A stretch of 64,000 nt of DNA from Squalus acanthias (taxonomy: Eukaryota), in contig CM059452.1 of NCBI GenBank assembly GCA_030390025.1, positions 8,742,001-8,806,000 on the forward strand. Direction: 5' to 3'. How positions within the stretch are numbered: position 1 is the stretch's first letter; every line of letters starts with the position of its first letter. The notes beneath the pieces were generated by a model, which was not told where the DNA came from, did not search any database, and worked only from the letters and a program-made list of their open reading frames with translations. Made by a program: the position numbers and the translations under genes. Below, in pieces: positions 1-11,495 of this stretch.

Positions 1-215
1 ATTCGGCCTCTTGTGCATTCACTATTTTAATCGCCCCACCATTGGCGGCCATGCCTTCAGTTGCCTAGGCCCCACGCTCTCGAATTCCCTCCCTAAACAT
101 CTGTCCTAATATCTCCTTGTGTAGCTCGGTGACACATTTTGTTTGATAACGCTCCCACGAAGCACCTTGGGACGTTTTACTACGTTAAAGGCGCTGAATA
201 AATACAAGTTGTTGT
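1..215 (+). mobile_element. L2-like LINE/SINE 3' end fragment
   Basis: Ends in the L2-type tail 'aagcaccttgggacgttttactacgttaaaggcgct...aaatacaagttgttgtt'. The same tail occurs at ~40390-40445 and, inverted, at ~61040-61100. Confidence 0.6.
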
Positions 216-639
216 TGGGATTGATTGAAAGTTTTCCTATTAGGAAAGGATAAGAAGGAATACGGAACCAAGGCTGGTAGATGGAGTTAAGATACAGATC
301 AGCCATGATCTAATTGAATGGCCGAACAAGCTTCAAGGGTTGCATGGCCGACTCCTATATTCCTACTTCTTTACTAAATTAGGATCCAGAAATAAACGAG
401 ATCGAGATTGTCTGTATTAGCAAATAAAATTAATTAAATAATATGTTCTCTTTTAAAATTACTGATCCTATTTTACAATATTGCTTGAAGGAAATTATCT
501 TTAGTTATTAGTCAATATAAACACTTGCTGTTTAAAAACATTGCTGAATACATTAATTTAATTTTCTTCCAATCCTTATTCAAAATCCTACTGACTCCAC
601 CTAAGTAATAAAATTCAGAAACAACTCGGGCGGTGCAGA

Positions 640-1160
640 GCGCATTTAAGTGGCCCGGTCTGAGCCCACCGCCCCCCCCCCCCCCGCCCCGCCTTGGCCA
701 CAGCCCTGAGTCAGGGGTCACAGGCTGCACAAACTGAGCCTCTTCAATGCCGATCGGAGGCTGGAGACGACCGTGACTCTCCGATCCTGAATCAATGGGA
801 GAAACAGCCAATCACGGCGTTGTGACGCGCGGGATGGATTGTAGCGTCATCCACGGCAGCGCAAACGTGAGTTTGTGTGACGTACAATTGGCTATGTTTG
901 TGTGACGTAACACGCTGCGCATGTCTACCGTTTATTTAAGGAAAGGTGACTTCCGTTTCCACAAAAATAAGCGCTCGATCTTAATCAATAAATCTGCAAG
1001 TTTGGCGCCCGTGAGAATAAAAACGTTGTCGTTGAAGCGGTTTGTGAGGTGCGCATGTGTGAATAGCTCTCCCAGAGTGCAGAGCGGCTCCTGTCACAGA
1101 TGGGGGGTTTTCTCTGCCGCTGTGAATTGTGGGAGTCGCAGCCCTCCATGGCCGAGTCCT
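640..1160 (+). promoter_or_regulatory. CpG-rich promoter-like element, copy A (inverted paralog at 27340-27830)
   Basis: GC box (ccccgccc), CCAAT (~809), several TGACG CRE half-sites and TGCGCATG NRF1-like sites (~916, ~1050). Clear reverse-complement similarity to 27340-27830. Confidence 0.5.
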
Positions 1161-1464
1161 TAACTGAGTGAATCTACACCCAACCTCCTTCCAGCCCGGT
1201 TATTGGTCCGGACAGGCTGCGGTGTCCTGTTGAGCGAAGAGAATCTCTGAGCAGATTGGACATCGAATCCGGGAAATCCAGGAGGTGGTGACCGCTCATC
1301 AACCCAATCGGTGAAAGAGGAATTCAACCAAAGAATAGGAGAGAATAAACTCTACTGGTCCCTGTGGAAACAGGCGGCAAATAAATTTAACCTTCAGGGT
1401 GAAATATGACAAACCAAAAGATACATTTTTATGGTTAGAAAACGTTATTTGGACAGATAGTGTC

Positions 1465-1925
1465 AGCCGTGGCTCAGTTGGTAGCACCCTCGCCTCTGAG
1501 TCATGAAGGTTGTGGATTCAAGTCCCACTCCAGAGACTCGAGCACAAACATCTAAGCTAACACTCCAGTGCAGTACCGAAGGAGTGCTGCACTGTCGGAG
1601 GTGCCGTCTTTCGGATGAGACATTAAACTCAGGCGTCGTCAGCTCCCTCAGGTGGACGTAAAAGATCCCAGGCATTATTTTGAAGAGCAGGGGAGTTCTC
1701 CCCGGTGTCTTGCCCAATATTTAGCCCTCAATCCACATCACTAAAACAGATTATCTGGTCATTCTCACATTGCTGTTTGTGGGAGCTTGCTGTGCTCAAA
1801 TTGGCTGCGCGTTTCCTACATTACAACAGTGACTACACTTCAAAAAGAACTTCATTGGCTGTAAAGCGGTTTGGGACGTCCGGTGGTCGTGAAAGACGCA
1901 ATAGAAATACAAATCTTTCTTTCGT
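1465..1925 (+). mobile_element. tRNA-derived SINE with Deu-domain-like core and L2-type tail
   Basis: A-box tggctcagttgg, B-box-like gattcaagtccc, core 'gtgccgtctttcggatgagac...caggtggacgtaaaagatccca'. Second copy at 36850-37275. Confidence 0.8.
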
Positions 1926-2175
1926 TCAAAGGGAGGTGAGAATGTGGAATTTTCTGTGGATAGTGTTGTTGACTCAGATTCCTGTGGAGGATCAAAGGGA
2001 TTTGGGATTCCAGGGACTTTCCAGATATTTTGAGTCTGTTTATGACACGTTGACGAAACTTTTTGGATGGAAGAATTGTTGTCCTTCTCCGTCGGACTAC
2101 ACGGTGACATTGGACCATGAGATACAATAAACCAGAGAGTTCACTGTCACAGTCTGCCGCGCCGGAGCACCTGTA

Positions 2176-2519
2176 GTTTATTGTCGGCTCTTGCTCTACA
2201 TACAGCACCGTGTGCGGTGTTATGACCCAGAAGTATTTCCTGGAATCCGCAGCTGTCAGCTGTGAAACCCTTAAAATGACGGCTCTGTAAGTTTTGGCCA
2301 AAGATGAGGTGAAGCGCCGTCTTGCAAAGTTCGCATCGTCACTGAACCGGTCGGTGCAGCGGATGAGGATATTCTCCGGGCCCACGGACCGACCCTCCCG
2401 GAACCGGGACAGGCAAACACTGGTCACCTCTGTATAGGAGCAGGTTATTGTCGCGATCTCTCCCTCCTGAGCGGTCACCTCTTCCATTGGCCAATGAGCG
2501 ATCCATCCAATGACGCTGT
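2176..2519 (-). pseudogene. TCR alpha/delta V pseudogene with degenerate RSS
   Basis: Translates as ...EEVTAQEGEIATITCSYT...RFTSSL...ILRVSQLTAADSRKYFW. Conserved Trp lost and second Cys replaced by Trp. Acceptor at 2520-2521. Nonamer ACAATAAAC at 2176-2184 with non-canonical heptamer (CACACGG at 23 nt or CACGGTG at 21 nt). Confidence 0.8.
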
Positions 2520-2689
2520 CTAAAGGACAGAGAGGGAAACGTTTAGATAAAGTTCCAATAACTGTGAGTAATAAATCCCAACAGGCGGTGAGATTGTCGC
2601 TCACACAACAAAAGCAGGATAGCATTTCAGAATAGGAGTTCTCAGAGTGACTGTATCCAAACAGAAATATATGAAGAGTTTTGATGAAG

Positions 2690-2920
2690 TAAATAATGAG
2701 AAACTGTTTCCACTGGCAGCAGGGTCGGTACCCAGAGGACAAACACATTGAAGATACTGGGCAAAAGAACCAGAGAGGAGATGAGGAGATTTGATTTTTT
2801 ACTCAGTGAGTTGTTGTGATCTGGAATTCACTGCCTGAAAGGGCGGTGGAAGCAGATTCAATAATAACATTCAAAGGGGAATTGGATAAATACTTAAAAA
2901 GAGACAAATTGCAGGAATAA
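2690..2920 (+). mobile_element. CR1 LINE 3' fragment
   Basis: 'EKLFPLA...TRGEMRR..F.Q.VV..WN.LP' similarity to the C-terminus of the intact CR1 ORF at 22973-25471. Confidence 0.7.
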
Positions 2921-3079
2921 AGATACCTATATATTAGAATTAACAGCACAATGTCTAATCACAAATACAGGGACCAGCTGAGACTCGCCCCTGATCACAA
3001 TGTCCCTCTGACGCGCTGATATGTTGAGCGACGCTCTGACAGTTTTTGTACAGGTCCAGCCCAGCTCCGTGTCTCTGTG

Positions 3080-3511
3080 GGGCTCAGTGCGCAGTAATAC
3101 ACCGCGGAGTCTGTCATTTGTATTTCAGACACATTCAGCGGGACGGTTCGTCTCGAAACATTCAGCTTCGCTGAAAAACGGTCCCCTGGGAATCTCCCTT
3201 CGTTCTTGCTGTGTCTTGTTCTCTTCAGCAGATACTCTATGGATCCGCTGGGATGTTGACGGTACCAGAATAGGTTAGGATTGCTGATGCTTGTAGCTGT
3301 ATAATTACAGTGCAACTGAACATCGTCTCCTTCACTGACTGTGGTTGCAGCCGGTGTCTGTGAAACGGAATCTCCTCGACAATGTCCTGCAAGAGCCCAG
3401 AGTGATATTAAATTAAACAATGTCACTTCACTGTGTCTATCCCCCAGAATCAGCCCGTCACCCCCAACACTTACCTGAGAAGTAAATCAGGGCAGTTAAA
3501 CAGAAATACAT
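3080..3511 (-). CDS. TRAV/TRDV: TCR alpha/delta V segment, apparently functional (leader 3475-3511, V exon 3080-3386)
   Basis: Leader MYFCLTALIYFS with GTAAGT donor, AG acceptor, DSVSQ...C...WYRQ...YYCALSP in frame. RSS CACAGAG-23-ACAAAAACT at 3041-3079. Confidence 0.92.
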
Positions 3512-3924
3512 TTCCCCACAGCTCAGGGGCTGCTCACGGGATGGTGCTGAGATCGACTGAGTAAAACTTCCTTTAATGAACATTCAGCACCTTCCAACGG
3601 GTTCAGTTCCTCACATTCACCTCTTGTGATGTGAAGGGAAAACTCCAAACTGTCTGTAGGTTTAAGACTCGTGTATCTGTCAAAGTCCGTCATTGACCCC
3701 GGCGGGGCAGAGCAGGTCTGTCTGACATTCGACGGTAATCTCACCCAACTCTTCCGCTTTCCTTCACTGGAGGGTTTTGCCGATTTTCCCCAAACATTGT
3801 TCAGTGTTGAATAAAGGTGGATCCGGATGGTTTTCTTCACTTTGGATCAACATATTGATAATCTTGTGTTCCGGGAACTGATCGCTTAAATATAATGTTT
3901 GATACAGATGTGAAATACAGTGTT

Positions 3925-4330
3925 GTGTAACTTTTGAACTTACCAATTAGGAGAGCTGCAGCTGTGACGAATAAATAAAATGTAACAGCCAACATGTTTG
4001 CAGGGAGTTGATGTCGGATGACGGGTTGAACCTGAATTTGTTTTAGTCAAGAGCTGGGAAGATGTTGACTAATATCCGGCCTCTCTGCCGATTGGTTCAT
4101 TCCTGACAGAGTCAGCAGGAGATATCCAATCAGCTCACTAGTCCTTTGTTCTCCAATTTATCCAATCAGCTCACAGCTCACGTGTTCTCCTCACAACAGA
4201 GAACTGGACGGGGATTAAACCCAATGTTGGCCCTTTAACAGTTTCAGTCTGTGAGGTGGGGCCAGTGAAAGGAATTTGTTAATATTGTTCTGGCAGCAGT
4301 GCCGGAGGCTCCCATTAAAGAGCTGCTCAC
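3925..4330 (+). promoter_or_regulatory. V-gene promoter module (tandem CCAAT plus CTTTGT TCF/LEF-like motifs); orphan copy with no V downstream
   Basis: Paralogous to 14692-15165, which runs into a V leader, and to inverted 17020-17345. Confidence 0.5.
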
Positions 4331-4987
4331 TGACCATTAGAACTACCCACAGCCGATATAAAGGGAGGTAGAGACGGCCAGTAGATCCTGAGGATTTGAA
4401 AACAACGATGCGGTAAATTAGACAAACGCGACCTTTTATATGAATGAAATGGGGAGTGACTGACAGGTTTGAGCAGAATGGGAGGGTGCAGACAACAGAT
4501 AGTTTTACTGATTCTGGGGCGAGCTGCTCATTACAAATATTTACAACGTATTCACGTTAACAATAACCACATTCACAATAACTTAATAGTTAACCATTTG
4601 GAACACAGACTTCCTTTTTGAATTTAATGCCTGCATTTAAAAATGTGTTTCTCTAATTCTTTAGTTAAATAAAATGAACAATGTTCTTAGTCTGTAACTC
4701 GCCCCGACACTCAACCCAACAACGAACTTCCCTCTGATGGCGATTATAGGGAAACGTTTTCAAAGTAAGAAGAGAAAGCGGGAGGCTCAGGGTAATGCGG
4801 GCCGCTTAAAGACACACTCGGGTGATACTGTCATAGAAAATAAGGAAATGGCAGATTTGCTGAATAATTATTTTGTATCGCTCTTCACATCTGCCCGTCG
4901 TTATATCCGGCTTCAGCAGGCGGAGCCTCTGATCTACAAAGCGGAGGGAGTTTCTGTACGAGGGTTTAACTGGTTTCCATCACTGTG

Positions 4988-5535
4988 AGTCCCAGGGCAC
5001 AGTAATAAACTGCAGTGTCGGTCAGCTGCAGCCCCGAGATGGTTAAACTGGTGAATTTAGTGGAGCTGTCGAGTTGTGCTGAAAAACGGGTTTGGGCAAA
5101 ATGTGCTTTATCTTCAGAACCGCTCGCGTATTTCATCAGAATAAACTCGGGCTGTGTGTCTGGGTGTTGCCGGTACCAGTACACATTATAGCTGCCGCCC
5201 TGTGTAGTATCATAGGTACAGTTTAAAGTCACCGCTTCTCCTTCTGTCTTAACTCCTGAGGACAGCGGCTGAGTGACAGAATCTCCAAGGCTCAGATCTG
5301 AAAAACATGTTCAAACAGGAAAAGATCAGACCGGCGGGTGTTTAAAATTCAGATTAAAAACATAATGGAAATGAGAGTAGAGATGAAATGTGCCTAATTC
5401 ACCATCATTATCACCATTTCACCAATAATAACACCTGGGTTACAGCAGTCAGGGGGATAATGGATGTTTACTGGGGAGGAATTACTTACTGAGAAGTGAT
5501 ATAATGATGAGGAGCGGTGCGAGCCGGTTCCGCAT
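4988..5535 (-). CDS. TRAV/TRDV: TCR alpha/delta V segment, apparently functional, with chimeric leader (leader 5490-5535, V exon 4988-5297)
   Basis: Leader MRNRLAPLLIIISLL with GTAAGT. V exon LSLGDSVTQ...NC...WYRQ...YYCALG. RSS CACAGTG-23-ACAGAAACT at 4949-4987. Confidence 0.9.
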
Positions 5536-5733
5536 GATGCTCCGAGTCTGTAACTCTGCAGTCCGGGAAATCCTCTGTCGGAGCAGAAATACAGATCCCC
5601 GCCCCACTGCACTGCTGATCCAACCAATGTCAAACAGGGAACAGCGGCAGCAATCTCTCCAATAACACCGGGCAGGCAAGGCGGGTCAGAGCGAGAGCAG
5701 CAAACGGAAGCTGTGAGCGGGGCTGCCGCGGGA

Positions 5734-5743
5734 AGTGATGTCA
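5734..5743. promoter_or_regulatory. TCR V-promoter decamer/CRE-like element AGTGATGTCA overlapping an Ets GGAAGT site
   Basis: Exact match to the AGTGA(T/C)(G/A)TCA decamer known from TCR V promoters, ~200 bp upstream of the leader ATG at 5535. Confidence 0.55.
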
Positions 5744-6278
5744 CACGTAGGATCCACCTGTGAGGAATTGTCGCGCTGTCCTCACTTTCTCTCACAATGA
5801 TCCCTGCCTTCTTTCTTTGGAATAATCAATTCCAAGGTGACAAACCCAGCGCTTGTGACCTGCTGCTCGCGGATGTGCGAGAGTTTTAATCAGCACCGTT
5901 ACTCAGTGCCTGACTGCAATGACATCTAGAGAAGTATCACACAGTTGATGTATTAAAAACATATCCAGCAATATTACTTTAAATTGAACTGTTTGAAGTA
6001 GAAGAGGGAATCACGGGTTCAAAGTATAAAATGTAATTATAGGACAATATCTTCTTCACACATGGAAACTGGTGAATGTATGGAATAAGTTTCCGAATAC
6101 AGTGGTGGAGGAACATATCCTGGAAACTTTTAAGGAAAAGTTTGAGGCCACAGTGGGGCCGGGAGATAGTATCTCTCTGGATGGATGGGACAATACGGGC
6201 CGAATGACTTCCCTCATTCAGAATGATCTTGTGAACTGGAACAGGGCAGGACTTGTACCTTGTAGTTACAGGCAGTCG

Positions 6279-6293
6279 CCACCAGAGGGCAGT
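6279..6293 (+). promoter_or_regulatory. CTCF-binding motif
   Basis: CCACCAGAGGGCAGT matches the CTCF core consensus. Confidence 0.6.
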
Positions 6294-6814
6294 GCGAGGA
6301 TGTGTTCACTGTGTTGGTTTCAGTATCGAGGCGTGTTACAGCCTGAGAACATTGTTCAGTAACTTTATTGAAGGGATTAAAGAAGCAGATTCGGAAACAG
6401 AGGCATTATTTTGCAATTATTATCAATTTTCATCATGATTTAGCAATGTTATTATTACTATTGATATGTTGTAAATATTAGCATTAAAAATTCCCACTCC
6501 ATCCTTCTGGGAAAGAACACGGGTTAAAATTCTAGAACTGGTATCAGGAAATCCCGCTTCACACACAGACAGTGATCAATGTGTGGAATAAACTTTCAGT
6601 TAGCATGGGGGAGGAAAATACACTGGAATCGTTGGATGCTGCAATGGAAGTCGAGAGCTGGGATCTCACTGAATGACACAGCAATCCCCAGCAGGAGCGA
6701 GTAGCCGTTCTCTCTTATAATTATCTGCGGTACTGCAAATTATCGGGAGTTGGCGTCAATAATTGCACCTCGCAATTAGCAGTACTCGCCACCAGAGGAC
6801 AGGGTGAAACAGGG

Positions 6815-7810
6815 AGAAACACAGAGTGTGAGCGGTCCGGTGTGAGTTCAGAGACAGTGTGAGCTGGTGTCAGTGAGAAACACTGAGTGTGAGCAGCACG
6901 GTGTGAGCTCAGAGACAGTGTGAGCTGGTGTCAGTGAGAGACCTGACTGTGGGCTTCCCGGTGTGAGCTCAGAGACAGTGTGAGCTGGTGTCAGTGAGAA
7001 ACACTGAGTGTGGGCGGTCCGGTGTGAGCTCAGAGACAGTGTGAGCTGGTGTCAGTGAGAAACACTGAGTGTGGGCGGCCCGGTGTGAGCTCAGAGACAG
7101 TGTGAGCTGGTGTCAGTGAGAAACACTGAGTGTGGGCGGCCCGGTGGAGCTAAGAGACAGTGTGAGCTGGTGTCAGTGAGAAACACTGAGTGTGAGCGGC
7201 CCGGTGTGAGCTCAGAGACAGTGTGAGCTAATGTCAGTGAGAAACACTGAGTGTGGGCGGCCCGGTGTGAGCTCAGAGACAGTGTGAGCTGGTGTCAGTG
7301 AGAAACACTGAGTGTGAGCGGCCCGGTGTGAGCTCAGAGACAGTGTGAGCTGGTGTCAGTGAGAAACACTGAGAGTGGGCGGCCCGGTGTGAGCTCAGAG
7401 ACAGTGTAAGCTGGTGTCAGTGAGAAACACTGAGTGTGAGCGGCCCGGTGTTAGCTGAGACAGTGTGAGCTGGTGTCAGTGAGAAACACTGAGTGTGGGT
7501 GGCCCGGTGTGAGCTCAGAGACAGTGTGAGCTGGTGTCAGTGAGAAACACTGAGTGTGAGCGGCCCGGTGTGAGCTCAGAGACAGTGTGAGCTGGTGTCA
7601 GTGAGAAACACTGAGTGTGAGCGGCCCGGTGTGAGCTCAGAGACAGTGTGAGCTGGTGTCAGTGAGAAACACTGAGTGTGAGCGGCCCGGTGTGAGCTCA
7701 GAGACAATGTGAGCTGGTGTCAGTGAGAAACATTGAGTGTGAGCGGCCCGATGTGAGCTCAGAGACAGTGTGAGCTGGTGTCAGTGAGAAACACAAAGTG
7801 GGCAGCCCGG
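6815..7810. repeat. 61-bp minisatellite, ~16 copies
   Basis: Unit cggtgtgagctcagagacagtgtgagctggtgtcagtgagaaacactgagtgtgagcggcc. Confidence 0.95.
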
Positions 7811-7988
7811 GTTGGGTTAACCCAGAGATATAGCTTATTTCGTTAGTTCGACAGGAAGAAACCTCTGCGTTGGACAAGAAGCGCGAGTCGGTCTCTTTGT
7901 TAATTACCCTGAATATAATATTCGTGTTCTGGTTCTAACCCGACCTCTGTGAACAATTCTTTCAGCCTCCTCTTCATCTGATCGGAGA

Positions 7989-8322
7989 ATGCTCCTGATT
8001 TACAGAGTTTCCCTGCTGATTTACACTCTGATCTGCACGGATGTGAGCGGTGAAGATGAGGTGGAGCAGCTCCCTCGGCGGGTGGTTGTTAGTGAAGAGG
8101 GAATCGTGTCCATCAACTGCTCCGCTACTGCTGTGCTTAGCGTCCTGCACTGGTACAGACAGCACCCGGATCAGACCCTCCAGCATCTGGTGATGGCCAC
8201 AAGCGGGGCCGATCAACACGGGAGGATCACTGCTTCAATCGGGGGAGGCAATAAACTCAGTGCCCTGACTGTGAGAGACGCGCGAGTGACAGACAGCGCC
8301 ACCTATCTCTGCGCCGTGAGCC
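7989..8322 (+). CDS. TRAV/TRDV: TCR alpha/delta V segment with leader and V in a single exon (no leader intron), intact
   Basis: Continuous ORF MLLIYRVSLLIYTLICT-DVSG-EDEVEQ...INC...WYRQ...YLCAVS. RSS CACAGTG-23-ACAGAAACC at 8323-8361. Confidence 0.88.
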
Positions 8323-8882
8323 CACAGTGTAACAAACAGGCGGAGAGTCCGCACAGAAACCTGCCCCGAGGGGGAGCGCCGCTCTGCTGTGTTTGGAGTA
8401 ACGGGATTGGGAGGGGCCCGGTTATAATAATCGGAGGGCAGAGAGAATGAACACAGAAAATAATAGGAAATATAGAAGAGAGAGAGTTAAATAAATTCTG
8501 AAATGAAGAGATTTTGAAACACAGACAGAGGAAAACAAAGCGAAGGTACTAAAGAAAGAATGAGAGAAAGAGAAAAATCAATGTAATAATACGTGTCGTG
8601 GACAGCAAATTAGGAAAGGAGGGAAAAAGAAATGAAAGAAAGTGAGAAATAACAAGTGAGAAACATAAATCTTAAAGTTAAGAGAAAGCCATAAAGAAAG
8701 AGATTCAGAAATAAAGTAAAATTTCCCTTCCCTTTAAGCTCACTCATATTATCCTTCCACCTATTTCACAGTTTAATTGTCTGAACCGCCTCTCCCAAAA
8801 CCCGGACGCTGGAAAGTTCGCCATAGATAAACTCACACTTTACTCAATTTATTATCCTAACAGTGTAAAGTTCTCAGAGTGA

Positions 8883-8897
8883 CCGCCAGAGGGCGCC
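8883..8897 (+). promoter_or_regulatory. CTCF-binding motif
   Basis: CCGCCAGAGGGCGCC, upstream of the V promoter at ~8950-9150. Confidence 0.6.
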
Positions 8898-9151
8898 GTG
8901 GTCACATGTTTCTCGCCGTTACCAACTGGAAATGATGGAGTCAAAGCTTGCAGTAACACTGCCCGCGGCAGCCCCGCCCACAGCTTCCGTCTGCTGCTCT
9001 CGCTTTAACCCGCCTTCTGTTATCGGAGAGCTTACTGCCTCTGTTACTTTTTTGGCATTGGTTGGATCAGCAGTGCAGTGCGGCGGGGATCTGTATTTCT
9101 GCTCCTGCAGAGGATTTCCAGGACTGCAGAGTTACAGACTCAGGGAGCGTC

Positions 9152-9627
9152 ATGTACAACCGTCTCGCACCGCTCCTCATCATTATATCACTTCTCAGTA
9201 AGTATTTCCTCCCCAGTTAAAATCCATTCTCGCCCTGACGGCTGTAACCCAGCTATGATAATTGGTGAAATGATCCGAATGATGATGGTGATGGTGATGA
9301 CTGTTACTATTATTTTATATTAGAATGGAGCCATCAAGACGCAGTGGAACAGCCGATTTCTGAAATAACGGTTGAAGAGGAAAGTAACGTCACACTAAAC
9401 TGCACCTTGAAAACAACCGCTGCTACCCTTTATGTGTACTGGTACAGTCAGCACCCCGGGCAGCCTCCACAGTACGTGTTTTATCTCTATGCAGGAATAG
9501 TAAACAGGAACCCTGAATTCACTGACCGATTCTCTTCTACTTTTAATAAAAGCAGCAAGATTACCGAGCTAACGATCAGCAATGCCCTGATCTCGGACAC
9601 CGCCGTGTATTTCTGTGCCATGAGCCC
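9152..9627 (+). CDS. TRAV/TRDV: TCR alpha/delta V segment, intact ORF (leader 9152-9197, V exon 9324-9627)
   Basis: Leader MYNRLAPLLIIISLL with GTAAGT, acceptor 9322-9323, DAVEQ...LNC...WYSQ...YFCAMSP. RSS CACACTG-24-ACAAAAACC at 9628-9667. Confidence 0.9.
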
Positions 9628-9690
9628 CACACTGATGCAGAGATATAGCGGAGCCCGTACAAAAACCACACTCAGAGTTCCAGTTAGTGC

Positions 9691-9705
9691 TCACCAGAGG
9701 GCGCT
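9691..9705 (+). promoter_or_regulatory. CTCF-binding motif just 3' of the V RSS
   Basis: TCACCAGAGGGCGCT ~23 bp after the nonamer. Another motif, CCACCAGAGGGCGTC, is at 10127-10141. Confidence 0.6.
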
Positions 9706-11069
9706 CTCACACCGATAAACACGCGATAATTCCGCCTCCACAGTGAGAGTCACAGGGACCTTCTAAATGTCGACAAAACACAACACTCCACATGAAAAGG
9801 TGAAGTCCACTGGCGGAATTACATTAGTTGGAGATTTCAAAATGCTAAAAATGAAATTCACAAATCCATCTGTAGTTCCTTTCTATGCCCCTTCCGTGCC
9901 TGCCAGTCCTTTCTCATCCCCTGTCTCTACTCTTTACCTATAATCGTATGAACTTTCTTCTTCCAATCTGTAGTTTAACGATGAAAAACATGTGCTGCTG
10001 CTCGGTATATTAATTCAGAACCGCTCTAACCCAGCTTCCCATAAACAGGAATTGCAGACAGTTCAGTGAATACACACAGGATTGCTCACACCCTGTCCAC
10101 CGACATCTGAGCAGTTCTCAGAATATCCACCAGAGGGCGTCAGCTCACAATATCCTTTGTTTGGCTCAGACCCCGGGCAGTGAGTTAAATGCTGTTTCTC
10201 CAACAGTTGTGTATATTTTGGAATGAACTGAAGATTAATGTTTGAAATCCACAATGGGCTGGGTCGGTACATCGGGCAATAATCATCACAAAAAGACATC
10301 CTTCACATCGAAGGATTGAATTTTGATACTAACCAGTGGGCAGGACAAGAGAGTGGAAGGATGTGGAAGATGGGGAAAGCAATAGTAAAATGTGAATGAA
10401 AGACACACCCTGAGATCTGATTTCTGAAGACATTAACTGTACTGATGCTGGAAATCGATGATAAAGGGGCGAAAAACAAATCGAAACTGCCTGTATTGTG
10501 TTTCTTTTTCTGCTCCTCATCATTTGTTAATATGCGAGATAGTTGTCAGGACAGTTTTTCATGCCCTGCTGATGTTGAGCTCTTGGTAACGAGAGCATGC
10601 ACCTCACCCTGGGGGCTTAGAACCCGCTCCCCGCGCTCTGCTCCCGGGCACTTTATACAGATGAGCGGTAAATTCCTGAAAAGCACCGCTAGGCTGTTCC
10701 CTCCATTCTCTCTCATTGGTAATCAAGCATCTGAAGATTATGGATCTTTAAATAAATCATTACAGGCAGAAAGAAGGTCAGAACTTAACAGATAGAATTT
10801 AAACAGCATTTTAATACAAACCACAGAAGGGGACAGTTCTTGAAACTCTGTTTAAATTACAGGGAGAGTTTATTCTTTAATCTGTTCAGTTGTTTGTTCA
10901 GTCACAGCAGACGTCATCATTCTAATATCAGGGATCTATAAATCATTCCGACAACATTGTTATTTCACCAGTGAACTGACCCGTGAGGGGAAAGCTCACT
11001 GGAGTCACGGTTAACAGTGTCCTGACGGTAAAACTAACGGAATTATAGAGAATGAATTGACCCTGGAAT

Positions 11070-11495
11070 AAATCTATACTCTCTGAAGTTTAGAAGAACG
11101 AGAGGTGATCTGATTAAAATGTATAAGATTGTGAAAGGGATTGACCGGGTAGATGCTGAGAGGTTGTTTCCCTCGGCTGGAGTGTCTAGAACTGGGGGTA
11201 TAGTCTCAGGATAAGGGGTCGGCCATTTAAGACTGAGATGAGGAGGAATTTCTTCACTCAGAGGGTTGTGAATCTTTGGAATTCTCTGCCCCAGAGGGCT
11301 GTGAATGCTGAGTCTTGAGAATATTCAATGTTGAGACAGATAGATTTTTGGACTCTAGGGGCATCACGGGATATGGGGATCGGGCGGGAAAGTGGATTTG
11401 AGGTTTAAGATCAGCCATCATCTTATTGAGTGGCGGAGCAGGCTCGAGGGGCCGTATGGCCGACTCCTGCTCCTAATTCTTATGTTCTTATGTTA
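11070..11495 (+). mobile_element. CR1 LINE 3' fragment
   Basis: RT C-terminal similarity plus 3' UTR 'ggcggagcaggctcgaggggcc...cttatgttcttatg'. Confidence 0.85.

Noticed and set aside
1148-1400. Start of a TRIM- or NLR-like gene (MAESLTE) after the promoter-like element
   Set aside because: Stop codon after seven codons and no recognisable domain.
1465-1540. tRNA gene
   Set aside because: A/B boxes belong to a SINE head; no full cloverleaf, and the SINE body follows.
1852-2748. 298-aa ORF as a single gene
   Set aside because: Chance read-through of LINE, intron, V pseudogene and SINE sequence.
6815-7810. Regular repeats resembling a CRISPR array (also 31720-33320, 38020-39420, 42940-45030)
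   Set aside because: Units are head-to-tail with no unique spacers, there are no cas genes, and the context is eukaryotic. These are minisatellites.
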